64,000 nt of DNA from Caulobacteraceae bacterium (GTDB lineage Bacteria > Pseudomonadota > Alphaproteobacteria > Caulobacterales > Caulobacteraceae). This document shows positions 1-11,674 of this stretch, piece by piece (the first letter of the stretch is position 1; each line of letters starts with the position of its first letter). The position numbers and the translations under genes were made by a program. The notes beneath the pieces were generated by a model that worked only from the letters and a program-made list of their open reading frames with translations, did not search any database and was not told where the DNA came from. The stretch is taken from assembly GCA_947441065.1 (NCBI GenBank), contig CANESI010000011.1, forward strand, positions 5,584 through 69,583. Direction: 5' to 3'.

Positions 1-170
1 TCCGACTGAGTGAAAGGGTCTGGGTCCCCGCCTTCGCGGGGAAGGCGGAAGGAAGGAAACAAGGCCCCCTACGGCCCTTTGGGCCACTTCCCCCAGAGGG
101 GGAAGATCTTGGAGCGCTAAATCTTCCCCCTCTGGGGGAAGTACCGGCGAAGCCGGGGTAGGGGGTTACA
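1..170. repeat. Mosaic REP/BIME-like intergenic repeat cluster R1 (C-D unit, left edge cut by window)
   Basis: Aligns by eye with 35352-35526, 35641-35801 and 37861-38020. It has a TCCCCGC-cttc-GCGGGGA hairpin (25-42), then the 21-nt arm CTTCCCCCAGAGGGGGAAGAT (87-107), a 13-nt loop, the exact reverse-complement arm (121-141), and a CCGGC-gaa-GCCGG hairpin. Confidence 0.85.
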
Positions 171-184
171 CCCACTCCCCCATC

Positions 185-1069
185 CTAACCCCGCCGCAGA
201 ACCAGCGCGGCCCAAGCGTCTCTATGAATACGGCGTTCCAACTTAAACCCACGCGACAGGTAAGCCGCGCGGACGAGGCGTTCTTGGCTGCGTAGGAGGC
301 CCGATAGGATGGCAATGCCGCCGGGTTTCAGCGCCCCCTTGATGTCTTGAGCGAGGAAGACCAGAGGCCTGGCCAAGATGTTGGCAAAGACCAGATCATA
401 GGGGGCATGTTCGCGCACGGCTCGGTGGCTGAGGCCAAAGGCGTGGACGAAGCGGGCATTGGTCTGGTTGACCTTGGCGTTCTCCTTCGAGATGCGAACC
501 GAGACGCGGTCAATATCGGTGCCGACGGCCTTGGCAGTACCGGTGCGGGCCGCAGCGATGGCCAGAACGCCGGTGCCTGCGCCAACATCGAGCACGCGGC
601 CAAAGCGCTTGGATTTCAAAAGCTGGTCATAGGCCAGAAGACAGCCGACCGTCGTGCCATGGTGGCCCGTGCCAAAGGCTGCCCCGGCCTCAATGCGCAG
701 ATTGACGCTATTGACCGGCGCGCGGCCGCGGTCATGGACGCCGTGGATGAAGAACCGGCCCGCGCGCACCGGTGGCAGACCTGACAGGGCCATGGCCAGC
801 CAATCGGCATCGGCGAGCTTTTCACAGGTGACGACCAGACCCTCGAAACCGCCCAGAACTGCCTGATATTGCGCGGACTCTTGCTCGGTCGTCGGGAAGG
901 CATCGATGCGCCAGACATCATGGTCCTCGTCCTCTTCGAGGATCGAATAGGTGGTGCTTTCTAGCACCGCGTCTTCGTCCACCGCGCGGGCAGCGGCCTC
1001 GGCGATCAGGCGCGGGCCTCTGGCGATGATCTGATAGGCTGTGTCGTCGGTCATGGCGCTCTGGTTCAA
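185..1069 (-). CDS. prmA: Ribosomal protein L11 methyltransferase
   Basis: 294-aa ORF with PrmA-type motifs (GTGHHGTT; SAM-binding [15 protein letters not shown]). High-GC codon usage is consistent with the neighbouring genes. Confidence 0.85.
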   Translation of the reverse strand: MNQSAMTDDTAYQIIARGPRLIAEAAARAVDEDAVLESTTYSILEEDEDHDVWRIDAFPTTEQESAQYQAVLGGFEGLVVTCEKLADADWLAMALSGLPPVRAGRFFIHGVHDRGRAPVNSVNLRIEAGAAFGTGHHGTTVGCLLAYDQLLKSKRFGRVLDVGAGTGVLAIAAARTGTAKAVGTDIDRVSVRISKENAKVNQTNARFVHAFGLSHRAVREHAPYDLVFANILARPLVFLAQDIKGALKPGGIAILSGLLRSQERLVRAAYLSRGFKLERRIHRDAWAALVLRRG

Positions 1070-1077
1070 ATTCGAGG

Positions 1078-4000
1078 CTAGTAGGATTGCAGGGCGCGGA
1101 CTTCCAGACCCTCCGGCGTGGCCAAGGCGATGGCCTGGGCGGCGGCGAGGGCACCGGCGGTGGTGGTATAGTAGGGGATCTTCATCATCAGGGCCGAGCG
1201 ACGGATCGAGAAGCTGTCCTGAATGGATTGCTTGCCCTCCGTGGTGTTGAACACCAACTGCACGTCGCCGTTCTTCATGGCGTCGACAATGTTGGGACGC
1301 CCTTCAAGCACCTTTTTCACCGCCGTGGCGGCAATGCCCTGCTCGCGCAGATAGTCGGCTGTGCCTGAGGTGGCGATGATCTTGAAACCCTTGCCGATCA
1401 AGAGCCGGATGGCGTCGAGCACGAAGGGCTTGTCGCCCTCCTTGACCGAGACGAAGGCGGTTCCAGCCTCGGGCAGGACCACGCCGCCGCCGAGCTGGCT
1501 CTTGGCAAAGGCTCTCGCAAAGGCCGGGGCGAAGGTCTCGCCCTCGCGGCGCCAATCAAGACCCATCACCTCGCCGGTCGAGCGCATTTCTGGGCCAAGC
1601 AGCGTATCGACGCCGGGGAAGCGGGCGAAGGGGAAGACCGCCTCCTTGACCGCGACATGCTCATAGACCTTCTCGGTCAGGCCAAAGCTGGCCAGGCTGA
1701 CGCCCGCCATGACCTTGGCGGCGATCCCGGCCAGCGGCTCGCCGATGGTCTTGGCCACGAAGGGCACGGTGCGCGAGGCGCGGGGGTTCACTTCCAACAC
1801 AAAGATTCGCGGGGCGTCGGACTGGGGCTCTTCAATCGCGAACTGCACATTCATCAGGCCGCGCACATTCAGGGCCTCGGCCATGGCCTCGGTCTGGCGC
1901 TTCAACTCGTCGATGATGGCGGGGCTGAGCGAATAGGGCGGTAAGGAGCAGGCACTATCGCCCGAATGGACTCCGGCCTCTTCAATATGTTCCATGACCC
2001 CGGCCACGAACACGGTCTCGCCATCAGCAATGGCGTCCACATCCACCTCGGTGGCGCGGGACAGGTACTGGTCGATCAGGACAGGACTATCACCCGACAC
2101 CTTTACCGCGTCGCGAACATAGCGGGTCAGTTGCTCATCATCGCGGATGATCTCCATGGCCCGACCCCCCAGCACATAGGAGGGGCGGATGACGATGGGA
2201 TAGCCGACCGCATGGGCCCCGGCAAAGGCCTCTTCGACCGAGCGGGCGATGGCGTTGATCGGCTGAGCAATGCCGATCTTATGCAACAGTTGCTGGAACC
2301 GCTCGCGGTCTTCGGCCAGGTCGATGGCGTCGGGCGAGGTGCCAAGGATGGGGATGCCCGCATCTTCGAGGGCTTGAGCCAGCTTCAGCGGCGTCTGGCC
2401 GCCGAACTGGACGATGACGCCGATCAGGGTGCCGTTGGAGCGTTCGACATCCAACAGTTCCAGCACGTCCTCTGCCGTCAGGGGCTCGAAATAGAGACGG
2501 TCGGAGGTGTCATAGTCGGTGGACACGGTCTCGGGATTGCAGTTGACCATGATCGACTCCACCCCGATCTGGTCGAGCGCGAAGGCGGCGTGACAGCAGC
2601 AATAGTCAAACTCGATCCCTTGGCCGATCCGGTTGGGGCCGCCGCCGAGGATCACGGCCTTGCGCCGGTTCGAAGGCTCTGACTCGCAGCTTGGCACCTG
2701 ACCCAGTGCCCCGCTTTCATAGGTCGAATACATGTAAGGGGTCTTGGCGAAGAACTCTGCCGCGCAGGTGTCGATGCGCTTATAGACCGGACGAACACCC
2801 AGCGCCTGACGGGCCGAACGCACGGCCTTTTCCGCGCCATCGGTCAGTTCGGCCAGGCGGGCATCCGAAAAGCCCATGGCCTTGATCTTGCGCATGGCAT
2901 CGGCGTCGGTTGGCAGTCCGTTTGAGCGGATCTCGGCTTCGGTCGCGACGATGGTCTCGATCTGGCGCAGGAACCAGGGCTCGTAGGAACAGGCCTCGTT
3001 GATCTCGTCGACGCTGAGGCCGTGGCGGAAGGCTTGGGCAATGACGCGCAGACGGTCGGGGGTCGGCTGGCCCAGCGCGCGAACGATGGCGGCCTTGCCG
3101 GTCTCCGGATCGCCAGCCCCTTCAATCTCGATCTCGTTAAAGCCGGTCAGGCCGGTTTCGAGGCCGCGCAGGGCCTTTTGGGCGCTTTCAGCAAAGGTCC
3201 GGCCAATGGCCATGACCTCGCCAACCGACTTCATGGAGGTGGTCAGATAGGGCTCGGCGCCGGGATATTTTTCGAAGGCAAAGCGGGGGATCTTGGTGAC
3301 CACATAGTCGATGGTCGGTTCGAACGAGGCCGGGGTCGCACCGGTAATGTCGTTCATCAACTCATCGAGCGTGTAGCCCACGGCCAGACGGGCCGCGACC
3401 TTGGCGATGGGAAAGCCCGTCGCCTTGGAGGCCAGCGCCGAGGAGCGCGACACGCGAGGGTTCATCTCGATGACCACCATGCGGCCATCCTTGGGATTGA
3501 CCGCGAACTGAACGTTCGAGCCGCCGGTCTCAACGCCGATCTCGCGCAGCACGGCAATCGAGGCCGCGCGCATCCACTGATATTCCTTGTCGGTCAGGGT
3601 CAGGGCCGGGGCGACCGTGATGGAGTCGCCCGTATGGACGCCCATCGGATCGATATTCTCAATCGAGCAGACAATGATGCAGTTGTCGGCCTTATCGCGG
3701 ACGACCTCCATCTCATATTCTTTCCAGCCTAAGACGCTCTCTTCGATGAGCACTTCGGTGGTCGGGGACATGTCGAGGCCGCGTTCCACGATCTCGCGGA
3801 ACTCTTCCATATTGTAGGCAATGCCGCCGCCGGTGCCCGCAAGGGTGAAGGACGGGCGGACGATGGCGGGCAGGCCGACGAAGGGCTGAGCCTCCAGCGC
3901 CTCTTCCATCGTGTGGGCGGCGCGGCTACGCGGGCTTTCGAGACCCAGCTTGTCCATCGCATTACGGAACTTCTGACGGTCTTCGGCCTTGTCGATGACC

Positions 4001-4362
4001 TCAGCATTGGCCCCGATCATCTCGACGCCATATTTGGCCAAGGTGCCGTCAGCTTCGAGCGCCAGAGCGCAGTTCAGCGCCGTCTGGCCGCCCATGGTGG
4101 GCAAAAGCGCGTCTGGGCGCTCCTTTTCGATGATCTTGGCGACGATCTGCGCGGTGATCGGCTCGATATAGGTGGCGTCGGCCACATCGGGATCGGTCAT
4201 GATCGTGGCCGGATTGGAATTGACCAGCACGATCCGATAGCCTTCAGCGCGCAGGGCCTTACAGGCCTGAACCCCTGAATAGTCGAACTCACAGGCCTGC
4301 CCAATGACGATAGGGCCAGCGCCGATAATCAGAATGGTCTTCAGGTCGGTACGTTTAGGCAT
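1078..4362 (-). CDS. carB: Carbamoyl-phosphate synthase large subunit
   Basis: The ORF runs 1078..4395. The start is trimmed to ATG 4360-4362, giving the canonical CarB N-terminus [30 protein letters not shown]. It has duplicated ATP-grasp halves and a C-terminal MGS-like domain. Confidence 0.95.
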   Translation of the reverse strand: MPKRTDLKTILIIGAGPIVIGQACEFDYSGVQACKALRAEGYRIVLVNSNPATIMTDPDVADATYIEPITAQIVAKIIEKERPDALLPTMGGQTALNCALALEADGTLAKYGVEMIGANAEVIDKAEDRQKFRNAMDKLGLESPRSRAAHTMEEALEAQPFVGLPAIVRPSFTLAGTGGGIAYNMEEFREIVERGLDMSPTTEVLIEESVLGWKEYEMEVVRDKADNCIIVCSIENIDPMGVHTGDSITVAPALTLTDKEYQWMRAASIAVLREIGVETGGSNVQFAVNPKDGRMVVIEMNPRVSRSSALASKATGFPIAKVAARLAVGYTLDELMNDITGATPASFEPTIDYVVTKIPRFAFEKYPGAEPYLTTSMKSVGEVMAIGRTFAESAQKALRGLETGLTGFNEIEIEGAGDPETGKAAIVRALGQPTPDRLRVIAQAFRHGLSVDEINEACSYEPWFLRQIETIVATEAEIRSNGLPTDADAMRKIKAMGFSDARLAELTDGAEKAVRSARQALGVRPVYKRIDTCAAEFFAKTPYMYSTYESGALGQVPSCESEPSNRRKAVILGGGPNRIGQGIEFDYCCCHAAFALDQIGVESIMVNCNPETVSTDYDTSDRLYFEPLTAEDVLELLDVERSNGTLIGVIVQFGGQTPLKLAQALEDAGIPILGTSPDAIDLAEDRERFQQLLHKIGIAQPINAIARSVEEAFAGAHAVGYPIVIRPSYVLGGRAMEIIRDDEQLTRYVRDAVKVSGDSPVLIDQYLSRATEVDVDAIADGETVFVAGVMEHIEEAGVHSGDSACSLPPYSLSPAIIDELKRQTEAMAEALNVRGLMNVQFAIEEPQSDAPRIFVLEVNPRASRTVPFVAKTIGEPLAGIAAKVMAGVSLASFGLTEKVYEHVAVKEAVFPFARFPGVDTLLGPEMRSTGEVMGLDWRREGETFAPAFARAFAKSQLGGGVVLPEAGTAFVSVKEGDKPFVLDAIRLLIGKGFKIIATSGTADYLREQGIAATAVKKVLEGRPNIVDAMKNGDVQLVFNTTEGKQSIQDSFSIRRSALMMKIPYYTTTAGALAAAQAIALATPEGLEVRALQSY

Positions 4363-4560
4363 CACATCATCCAAGCGCGTTCGGGGCCTGCGCACAGAGG
4401 TGCGGCCCGGAATCGATAAACATGTAGGTTAAGGGCTTCGTTTAGAGGCCCGCGAGGCAGGGGGCAAGGGCGCTAAGGCTGTTTGCGTAAAATTGATGAC
4501 AGGGTGGCAATTTGGGGATGTGTTTTAGAGTTAACATTATCCGATAGATTGGTTTTTATA

Positions 4561-4764
4561 ACCCTCTCCCTGTGGGAGAGGGTTGGGTGAGGGCCTTTCT
4601 GGTTTTCTTTCTTCCGTGTTCCCCGCGAAGGCGGGGACCCAGACCCTTTCACTTCGGCGGGAAGGGACCCGCTGGAATTCTGTATTGCTGGGAACGCGGC
4701 GGAGGGGATCGTGGATCAACACCCCCCACTCCCAACCCTCTCCCCCTCAAGGGGGGAAAGGGCT
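4561..4764. repeat. Mosaic intergenic repeat cluster R2 (units A, C, B')
   Basis: Contains CCCTCTCCCtgtgGGAGAGGGTTGGGTGAGGGCC (unit A), TTCCCCGCgaagGCGGGGACCCAGACC (unit C) and CCCCCCACTCCCAACCCTCTCCCCCTCAAGGGGGGAAAGGGCT (unit B'). The last unit runs into the carA stop codon (4763-4765). Confidence 0.85.
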
Positions 4765-5926
4765 ATACGGCGTCCATCAAATCGGCGAACCGTTGGAAGA
4801 TGTAGAGCGAATCTGTCGGTCCGGGGGAGGCTTCGGGGTGGTGTTGGACGCTGAAGACAGGCTTTCCTGTCAGGGCGATCCCGGCATTGGTGCCATCGAA
4901 CAGGGACACATGGGTCTCTTCGACGCCCGAGGGCAGGCTCTCGCGGTCGACCGTAAAGCCGTGGTTCATCGACACGATCTCGACCTTGCCGGTGGTCAGG
5001 TCCTTGACCGGGTGATTGGCCCCGTGGTGACCCTGATCCATTTTGGCGGTCTTGGCGCCGAGGGCGAGGGCCAGCATCTGATGGCCAAGGCAGATGCCGA
5101 AGACGGGCTTGCCGCTGGCGACCAAGGCTTGGATTTCCGGCACAGAATATTGGCCCGTTGCCGCCGGATCGCCGGGGCCGTTGGACAGCATGATGCCGTC
5201 AGGATTGCGCGCCAGAATGTCGGCGGCGCTGGTGTCAGCGGGCACGACCGTCACATGGGCGCCGATGCTGGTCAGGGCACGTAGAATGTTGCGCTTAATG
5301 CCATAGTCGATGACCACGACCTGATATTTGGGTTGTCCGGCCTTGGCATAGCCCTCCGGCCAGGTCCAAAGGCCTTCGTCGAAGGTGAAGGGCTGGCGGC
5401 AGCTTGCATCCTTGGCCAGATCCAGACCGACAATGCCGCTCCACGCCTTGGCCTTGGCGGCCAGAGCTTCTAGATCGAACTGACCCTCAGGGCTGTGGGC
5501 GATGACACCGTGCGGCATGCCCCTATCGCGAATGACGCGGGTCAAGGCACGGGTATCGACCCCGGCCAGACCGACCACGCCCCGCTTGGTCATCCATCCG
5601 GCCAGATCACCCTCGGCGCGCCAGTTGGCAGGCGGCGTTGGAACATCGCGGAAGATCGCCCCTCGGGCTGCGGTCACCGCGCCTTGGCCAAACTCTTCAA
5701 GGTCTTCGCCATTGACGCCGACATTGCCAATATGGGGGAAGGTGAAGGCCACGATCTGGGCCATATAGGACGGATCGGTGAGAATTTCCTGATAGCCGGT
5801 CATGGCCGTATTGAAACAGACCTCGCCCAGAGCCTCCCCGACCGCCCCGACCCCGATCCCTTGCAGGACGGTCCCGTCGGCTAGAACCAGAACGCCCGTT
5901 GCGCCAGACATCAGCTTTGCGGTCAT
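4763..5926 (-). CDS. carA: Carbamoyl-phosphate synthase small (glutamine amidotransferase) subunit
   Basis: The ORF runs 4763..5962. The start is chosen at ATG 5924-5926 ([19 protein letters not shown]...), which has GGAGG about 10 nt upstream. The GATase active-site context FGICLGHQ is present. Confidence 0.92.
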   Translation of the reverse strand: MTAKLMSGATGVLVLADGTVLQGIGVGAVGEALGEVCFNTAMTGYQEILTDPSYMAQIVAFTFPHIGNVGVNGEDLEEFGQGAVTAARGAIFRDVPTPPANWRAEGDLAGWMTKRGVVGLAGVDTRALTRVIRDRGMPHGVIAHSPEGQFDLEALAAKAKAWSGIVGLDLAKDASCRQPFTFDEGLWTWPEGYAKAGQPKYQVVVIDYGIKRNILRALTSIGAHVTVVPADTSAADILARNPDGIMLSNGPGDPAATGQYSVPEIQALVASGKPVFGICLGHQMLALALGAKTAKMDQGHHGANHPVKDLTTGKVEIVSMNHGFTVDRESLPSGVEETHVSLFDGTNAGIALTGKPVFSVQHHPEASPGPTDSLYIFQRFADLMDAV

Positions 5927-6128
5927 GTAACAAGCGCCTCCGGTTGCGACTGGGCACGGCAATGGGCGGCCAAACGGTCGTCCTGACGGGCACTATGTCA
6001 TGGAATCGGCAGGAAAGCGCCCCGCCGGACAAACGGAGGCGTTACTAGGGGCGAGGCGGCCTCGGGTCAAGCCATGACGGGATCATTCGACTCTTCTATA
6101 AGGGCGGCAACAGGCAAAAGGCTTCTCC

Positions 6129-6869
6129 ATGACCATCACCACAGTCGGCATCGATGCTGATGATACGCTCTGGCACAATGAGACGGTGTTTCGGCTGACC
6201 CAGGCGCGGTTTGCGGACCTGCTCAAGCCATGGGCCGATCAGGACCATCTGCTGGAGCGTCTGGCGGCGATGGAGCGAAAAAACCTTCAGTTCTATGGCT
6301 ATGGGATCAAGGGCTTTACCCTATCGATGCTCGAGACGGCGCTGGAACTGACCGGCGGGGATATTCCAGCGGCGGTGACGCGGGAGGTCTTGGCGGCTGG
6401 CCGAGAAATGCTGTCCCATCCGGTCGAGCCCTTGCCCGGCGTCGAGGCGGCCTTGACCGCCTTGGCCGCCCGCTGGCGTCTGGTGCTGATCACCAAGGGC
6501 GATCTGTTCGATCAGGAAAATAAGCTGGCGAGATCAGGTCTAGGAGACCTGTTCCATGCGGTTGAGGTGGTGTCTGAAAAGACCCCCGCCTGCTACAGCA
6601 CTATCTTCACGCGTCACGGCACGGGGGCCGAGCAGGCCGTGATGATCGGCAATTCGGTCAAGTCCGACATCTTGCCCTCGATCGAGGCGGGCGCTTGGGC
6701 CGCCTATATTCCCTATGTGATGACCTGGGCGCACGAGATGGCCGATCCGCCGGAAAACCATCCACGCTATGTGCAACTGGCTTCAATCTCAGAAGCGCCC
6801 GATTGGGTGGCGATGGTTGAACGTCTGATGGCCGAGGGGGGGTGCAGCCCCGGTCAAGCGGCGCTATAG
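6129..6869 (+). CDS. HAD-superfamily hydrolase
   Basis: 246-aa ORF with an N-terminal DxDxT-type motif (GIDADDTLW) and a later GD...D motif region. The specific substrate is unknown. Confidence 0.7.
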   Translation: MTITTVGIDADDTLWHNETVFRLTQARFADLLKPWADQDHLLERLAAMERKNLQFYGYGIKGFTLSMLETALELTGGDIPAAVTREVLAAGREMLSHPVEPLPGVEAALTALAARWRLVLITKGDLFDQENKLARSGLGDLFHAVEVVSEKTPACYSTIFTRHGTGAEQAVMIGNSVKSDILPSIEAGAWAAYIPYVMTWAHEMADPPENHPRYVQLASISEAPDWVAMVERLMAEGGCSPGQAAL

Positions 6870-6876
6870 TCCGTCC

Positions 6877-8814
6877 GTGCGCTTTGATGACCGCTTCCTT
6901 GATGAGATCAAGTCCCGCCTTCGCCTCTCCGATGTGATCGGAAAAACGGTGAAGCTGCGGCGGCAGGGGCGTGAATATGCGGGCCTGTCACCCTTCACCA
7001 AGGAAAAATCGCCGTCCTTTTTCGTCAATGATGACAAGGGCTTCTACCATTGTTTTTCGAGCGGAAAACATGGCGACCTGATCAGCTTCCTGCAGGAAAC
7101 GGAGCGCCTCAGCTTCATGGAGGCGGTCGAGCGCTTGGCCGCTGAGGCCGGGGTGCCCTTGCCCGCGCAGGACCCTCAAGCGATCCAGCGCGAGAAGCAG
7201 CAACAGTCCCTGACCGATTGGCTGGTTCTCGCGGCGGCCTGGTATGAGGCCGAACTGCGCCGCCCTGTCGGCACCGAGGCGCGGGCCTATCTGGATCGGC
7301 GCGCCCTGCCAGAGGCTGAGCGCACACGCTTTGGCATTGGTTATGCCCCTGCCGGACGAACGGCCCTGAAGGATTATCTGGTTGCCAAGGGGGCTCAGCC
7401 GCGTGAACTGGTCGAGGCCGGTCTCTTGATCGCGCCCGAAGATGGCGGCGCGCCCTATGACCGTTTCCGCGACAGGATCATGTTCCCGATCACCGACCCG
7501 AGGGGCAAGGTGGTCTCGTTCGGCGGACGGGCGCTCGATCCCCAAGCGCGTGCCAAATATCTCAACGGGCCAGAGACGGACATCTTTCATAAGGGCGACC
7601 TGCTCTATGGCCTGTTTGAAGCGCGCAAGCTTCTCTCCACCGGGGCGGTCGGGGCAGCCTCAACCGGTGGGCCGGTCGATGTCGGGCTGGTGGTGGTCGA
7701 AGGCTATATGGACGTCATTGCCTGTCAGCGCGCAGGCGTGGCCGCTGTGGCCCCGATGGGCACGGCCCTGACCGAACAGCAGATGGAACGGCTCTGGCGT
7801 CTCCACCCCGAGCCGACCCTATGTTTCGATGGCGATGGGGCGGGCCAACGGGCTGCCGCGCGCTCCATCGAACGGGCCATGCCGCTTCTCAAGGCGGGCC
7901 GGTCCTTGCGCTTTGCCATCGTCACCGGCGGCAAGGACCCGGATGATGTGCTGCGCGAGCAGGGGGCTGCGGCCCTCAAGGCGCAGCTGTCCCAGACCGT
8001 TCCGTTCGTTGAGGCTCTCTTTGCCCTGCAGCGTGACGCCGAGCCGCTCGATACGCCAGAGCGGCGGGCGGGTCTAAAGGCGCGCCTCAGAGCAGCCGCT
8101 GCGACCATCCAAGACAAGGATCTGTCGCAAGAATATCGTAATGATCTCTTGCGCCGGGTTGATGCGCTTAATGCGCCAGCTCAAGGGGCAGGGCAGGGGG
8201 GCTATGGCCAAAACCGAGCTGCGCGGGCGCCCTTCGTGCCGCGAAAGCCAGGTTCTGGGCCCTATATTCCGCCCCTGATCAATACCCAAGAAGGGCGCGC
8301 GGCGGCGCGGCGTCTGTCGGCGTCCCTCGATCCTTTGGTGGCCGCGGTCGCCCAAGCCGCGCTCCTCAATCCCGGATGGCTTGACCCGGTTTTGGAGGTT
8401 TTGCAGATCCATGGTTTTGGCGATCCGGCGCTGGACGACTTGGCTAAAGAAATCATTCGTCTGCGTCTGGACAGTGACGTTCTTGACACAGAGGCCCTCA
8501 CACGCCATCTGGCGTCTGTAGGATTCAGTATTTTGCTGAGCGAGATCGATAAGGCGGCCCTCAATGCAGGCGCCCCTTTCCTGAACCAGGATGCTTCGCT
8601 CGCAGATGCTAAGTCCCAATGGTCGCACGCCTTCGATGGTCTCATCCGAATGGCTGCGCTGGAACGTGCCCTACTGGCGGCAAAATCCGGACTGGGTTCG
8701 GGCGATGACGCTAACGTTTCCGACGCGGCAGAGTTCATGCGGTTGAAGCTGGAACGGGACGGTCTACGTCGTGCGATCAAGACTGGAACCTTTTGGACGG
8801 ACGTCGATCCCTGA
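6877..8814 (+). CDS. dnaG: DNA primase
   Basis: 645-aa ORF with a zinc-finger region (YHCFSSGKHGD), a TOPRIM region (VVVEGYMDVIA...CFDGDGAGQRAA), and the classical position directly upstream of rpoD. It has a GTG start. Confidence 0.93.
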   Translation: MRFDDRFLDEIKSRLRLSDVIGKTVKLRRQGREYAGLSPFTKEKSPSFFVNDDKGFYHCFSSGKHGDLISFLQETERLSFMEAVERLAAEAGVPLPAQDPQAIQREKQQQSLTDWLVLAAAWYEAELRRPVGTEARAYLDRRALPEAERTRFGIGYAPAGRTALKDYLVAKGAQPRELVEAGLLIAPEDGGAPYDRFRDRIMFPITDPRGKVVSFGGRALDPQARAKYLNGPETDIFHKGDLLYGLFEARKLLSTGAVGAASTGGPVDVGLVVVEGYMDVIACQRAGVAAVAPMGTALTEQQMERLWRLHPEPTLCFDGDGAGQRAAARSIERAMPLLKAGRSLRFAIVTGGKDPDDVLREQGAAALKAQLSQTVPFVEALFALQRDAEPLDTPERRAGLKARLRAAAATIQDKDLSQEYRNDLLRRVDALNAPAQGAGQGGYGQNRAARAPFVPRKPGSGPYIPPLINTQEGRAAARRLSASLDPLVAAVAQAALLNPGWLDPVLEVLQIHGFGDPALDDLAKEIIRLRLDSDVLDTEALTRHLASVGFSILLSEIDKAALNAGAPFLNQDASLADAKSQWSHAFDGLIRMAALERALLAAKSGLGSGDDANVSDAAEFMRLKLERDGLRRAIKTGTFWTDVDP

Positions 8815-8889
8815 GCGCAGGGGCCTTGACGGGCCGCCCTTAGCCATTTTCCTGACGCGTGCTGCGCGCCGTCGGGACCGGAGATTCAC

Positions 8890-10827
8890 ATGAGCAATAC
8901 GGCTGAGACGCAAGAAACCGAATCCAATTCCGACGGTCCCTTGCTCGACCTCACCGATGCGGGCGTAAAGCGCTTCATCAAGCAGGCCAAGACCCGTGGT
9001 TATGTGACCATGGACGAACTGAACAAGGTCCTCCCGTCTGAGGAAGTAACCTCTGAGCAGATCGAAGATACCCTCGCTATGCTCAGCGAGATGGGCGTCA
9101 ATGTGGTTGAGGCCGAAGAGGATGCCGAGGGCGGCGAAGTGGTGGTGCGCGAAGAAGCCGCCGTCATCGAGACCACCAAGCCTGACGCCTTCGACCGCAC
9201 CGACGATCCCGTCCGGATGTACCTACGCGAAATGGGCTCGGTTGAGCTTCTTTCGCGTGAAGGCGAAATTGCCATCGCCAAGCGGATCGAAGCTGGCCGC
9301 GACACCATGATCCGGGGTCTGTGCGAAAGCGCCCTGACCTTCGAAGCCATCATGGTCTGGCGCGAAGAGTTGGGCACCGGCCGCATTCTGCTGCGTGAAG
9401 TCATCGATCTTGAACAGACCTATGGCGGCGTCATGGGTGCTGCTGCCGCTGTGGTGGCCGAAGAGGCTGCGGCTGCGGCCCTCGAAGCCGGTCCCCAGCC
9501 TGAGCCCGCGATGGGCGATGTCGACGGTGATGGCGACGACGATGATTTTGATGATGGGGCAGGCCCCACCGTCTCGGCCATGGAAGGCGAACTGCGCGAA
9601 GGCGTGATGGTCGTTCTCGACGCCATTGCCAGCGAATTCGAAGCCTTCCGCAAGCTGCAAGAAAAGCTAGTCATGAGCCGCCTGCGCGGTGAAGACCTGC
9701 CGGATGCCGACCGCAAGGGCTATGAGGCCCGCTCAGCGGTGATCATTCAGCACCTCAAGACCTTGAAGCTGAACAATAACCGTATCGAGGCCCTGGTCGA
9801 TCAGCTCTACGCCATTAATCGGCGTCTGATTGCTCTGGAAGGGCGTCTGCTGCGCCTGGCCGATTCCTACGGTATTTCGCGCCCTGAATTCCTCAAGGCC
9901 TATTACGGCACCGAGCTCGATCCGAACTGGCATGAGAAGGTCCGTGAGCTGGGCGTGCGCTGGACCAAGTTCGCTGAGAACGACGCGGGTCAGATCAGCG
10001 ACATCCGCCAAGAGATCGCTGTGCTGGCCACCGAAACCGGTGTGCCCATCGACGACTATCGCCGCATCGTCCAGACCGTTCAAAAGGGCGAGCGCGAGGC
10101 CCGTCAGGCTAAGAAGGAAATGGTCGAGGCCAATCTGCGCCTCGTTATCTCCATCGCCAAGAAATATACCAACCGCGGCCTGCAGTTCCTCGACCTCATT
10201 CAAGAAGGCAATATCGGCCTGATGAAGGCGGTCGATAAGTTCGAATATCGCCGGGGCTATAAGTTCTCGACCTATGCGACATGGTGGATCCGTCAGGCCA
10301 TCACCCGCTCGATTGCTGACCAGGCTCGCACCATTCGCATCCCGGTCCATATGATTGAGACGATCAACAAGATCGTCCGCACCAGCCGTCAGATGCTGCA
10401 CGAGATCGGCCGCGAGCCGACGCCGGAGGAACTGGCCGAAAAGCTGGCCATGCCGCTGGAAAAGGTCCGCAAGGTCCTCAAGATCGCTAAGGAGCCCATC
10501 AGCCTCGAAACCCCCATCGGGGATGAGGAAGACAGCCACCTCGGCGACTTCATCGAAGACAAGAACGCCGTTCTGCCTATCGATGCTGCCATCCAGAGCA
10601 ATTTGCGCGAAACCACCACACGGGTTCTGGCCTCTCTCACCCCGCGTGAAGAGCGGGTCCTGCGCATGCGTTTTGGCATCGGCATGAACACCGACCACAC
10701 CCTCGAAGAGGTCGGCCAACAGTTCAGCGTCACCCGCGAACGTATCCGCCAGATCGAAGCCAAGGCCCTGCGCAAGCTCAAGCACCCCAGCCGGTCGCGT
10801 AAGCTGCGGAGCTTCTTGGATAGTTAG
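8890..10827 (+). CDS. rpoD: RNA polymerase primary sigma factor (sigma-70)
   Basis: 645 aa. Carries the region 2 signature [17 protein letters not shown] and the region 4.2 signature [27 protein letters not shown]. An acidic non-conserved insert ([14 protein letters not shown]) is present. Confidence 0.97.
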   Translation: MSNTAETQETESNSDGPLLDLTDAGVKRFIKQAKTRGYVTMDELNKVLPSEEVTSEQIEDTLAMLSEMGVNVVEAEEDAEGGEVVVREEAAVIETTKPDAFDRTDDPVRMYLREMGSVELLSREGEIAIAKRIEAGRDTMIRGLCESALTFEAIMVWREELGTGRILLREVIDLEQTYGGVMGAAAAVVAEEAAAAALEAGPQPEPAMGDVDGDGDDDDFDDGAGPTVSAMEGELREGVMVVLDAIASEFEAFRKLQEKLVMSRLRGEDLPDADRKGYEARSAVIIQHLKTLKLNNNRIEALVDQLYAINRRLIALEGRLLRLADSYGISRPEFLKAYYGTELDPNWHEKVRELGVRWTKFAENDAGQISDIRQEIAVLATETGVPIDDYRRIVQTVQKGEREARQAKKEMVEANLRLVISIAKKYTNRGLQFLDLIQEGNIGLMKAVDKFEYRRGYKFSTYATWWIRQAITRSIADQARTIRIPVHMIETINKIVRTSRQMLHEIGREPTPEELAEKLAMPLEKVRKVLKIAKEPISLETPIGDEEDSHLGDFIEDKNAVLPIDAAIQSNLRETTTRVLASLTPREERVLRMRFGIGMNTDHTLEEVGQQFSVTRERIRQIEAKALRKLKHPSRSRKLRSFLDS

Positions 10828-10835
10828 GATGAATG

Positions 10836-11267
10836 AGGGGTGAGTGGATGTATCCCCCTCACCCCACCCTCTCCCCCAAGGGGGCGAGGGCTTTATCGTT
10901 CTTATCCTAGCCCTCTCCCTGTGGGAGAGGGTTGGGTGAGGGCCTTGTTTCCTTCCTTTTCTTCCGTTTTCCCCGCGAAGGCGGGGACCCAGACCCTTGC
11001 ACACGGATGGAACGCGACCCTGTGACCTTCAACCCACCCCTTGCCGTGTCAGTCCCCTAGGTTGCTTCGCTGCGCTCGCAATGACGCGGCGGTGGGGTTG
11101 GTGGATGACCCTCCCCCCACTCCCAACCCTCTCCCCCTCAAGGGGGGAAAGGGCTTTGATTTACTGCGCCATTGCGAGCGTAGCGAAGCAACTCAGTAGA
11201 CTGACACGGACATGAAGTGATGTGCCCCTGGGTTGCTTCGGCGTTTCACGCCTCGCAATGACGCCTT
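10836..11267. repeat. Mosaic intergenic repeat cluster R3 (units B, A, C, E-inverted, B', E, E-inverted variant)
   Basis: Has the same unit vocabulary as R2, R4, R5 and R7. It includes a 166-bp inverted-repeat structure (11044-11209) whose arms of about 43 nt carry the ATTGCGAGCG(C/T)AGCGAAGCAAC motif. Confidence 0.85.
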
Positions 11268-11324
11268 AGGTCTTTGCCTCTCCACTCCGGGCTGGGGTCC
11301 GCTCAAGGGCAAATCCCCTCAACC

Positions 11325-11379
11325 GATTCTCGATTCGCCCCCTGATTCTCGAACCGAAGGCCAAATTCCTTGTGGATAA
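11325..11379. promoter_or_regulatory. Cluster of three GANTC (GATTC) sites followed by a perfect DnaA-box 9-mer
   Basis: GATTC occurs at 11325-11329, 11332-11336 and 11344-11348. TGTGGATAA, the reverse complement of TTATCCACA, lies at 11371-11379. All sit in a lower-GC intergenic region of about 400 bp. The sequence matches are exact, but function is not established. Confidence 0.3.
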
Positions 11380-11674
11380 AGGGGTTGCCCCCAATTTATT
11401 TGCGCGATTTAAGCGTGTATAAACTATCTTATAAGTCACTGATTGGGCTGGAAAAATCTGATTTGGTCGGTTTAAGCTTGCGGCTCTGCGCGGTTTAGAA
11501 TTGACCGAAGCGGTTGCGAGTCTGCCTCAGGACTGACATAAAGACGTCATAAGACGGACTGCGGTTCGGATCCCGAGTGGGTTCAGCCACCGGTATCAAA
11601 GCCTTAGAGAGATCGGGTTTTGGCATCGACTACAGGGGGGCGCACTGGCCCTCGCCGTACAGGATAAGACAGTT

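Noticed and set aside
11281-11674. Chromosomal replication origin, considered because of a perfect DnaA box in an AT-richer intergenic region.
   Set aside because: There is only one DnaA box. No cluster of boxes, AT-rich unwinding repeats or full CtrA TTAA-N7-TTAA sites are seen. The gene context (rpoD / cell-wall hydrolase) is not an origin-typical neighbourhood.
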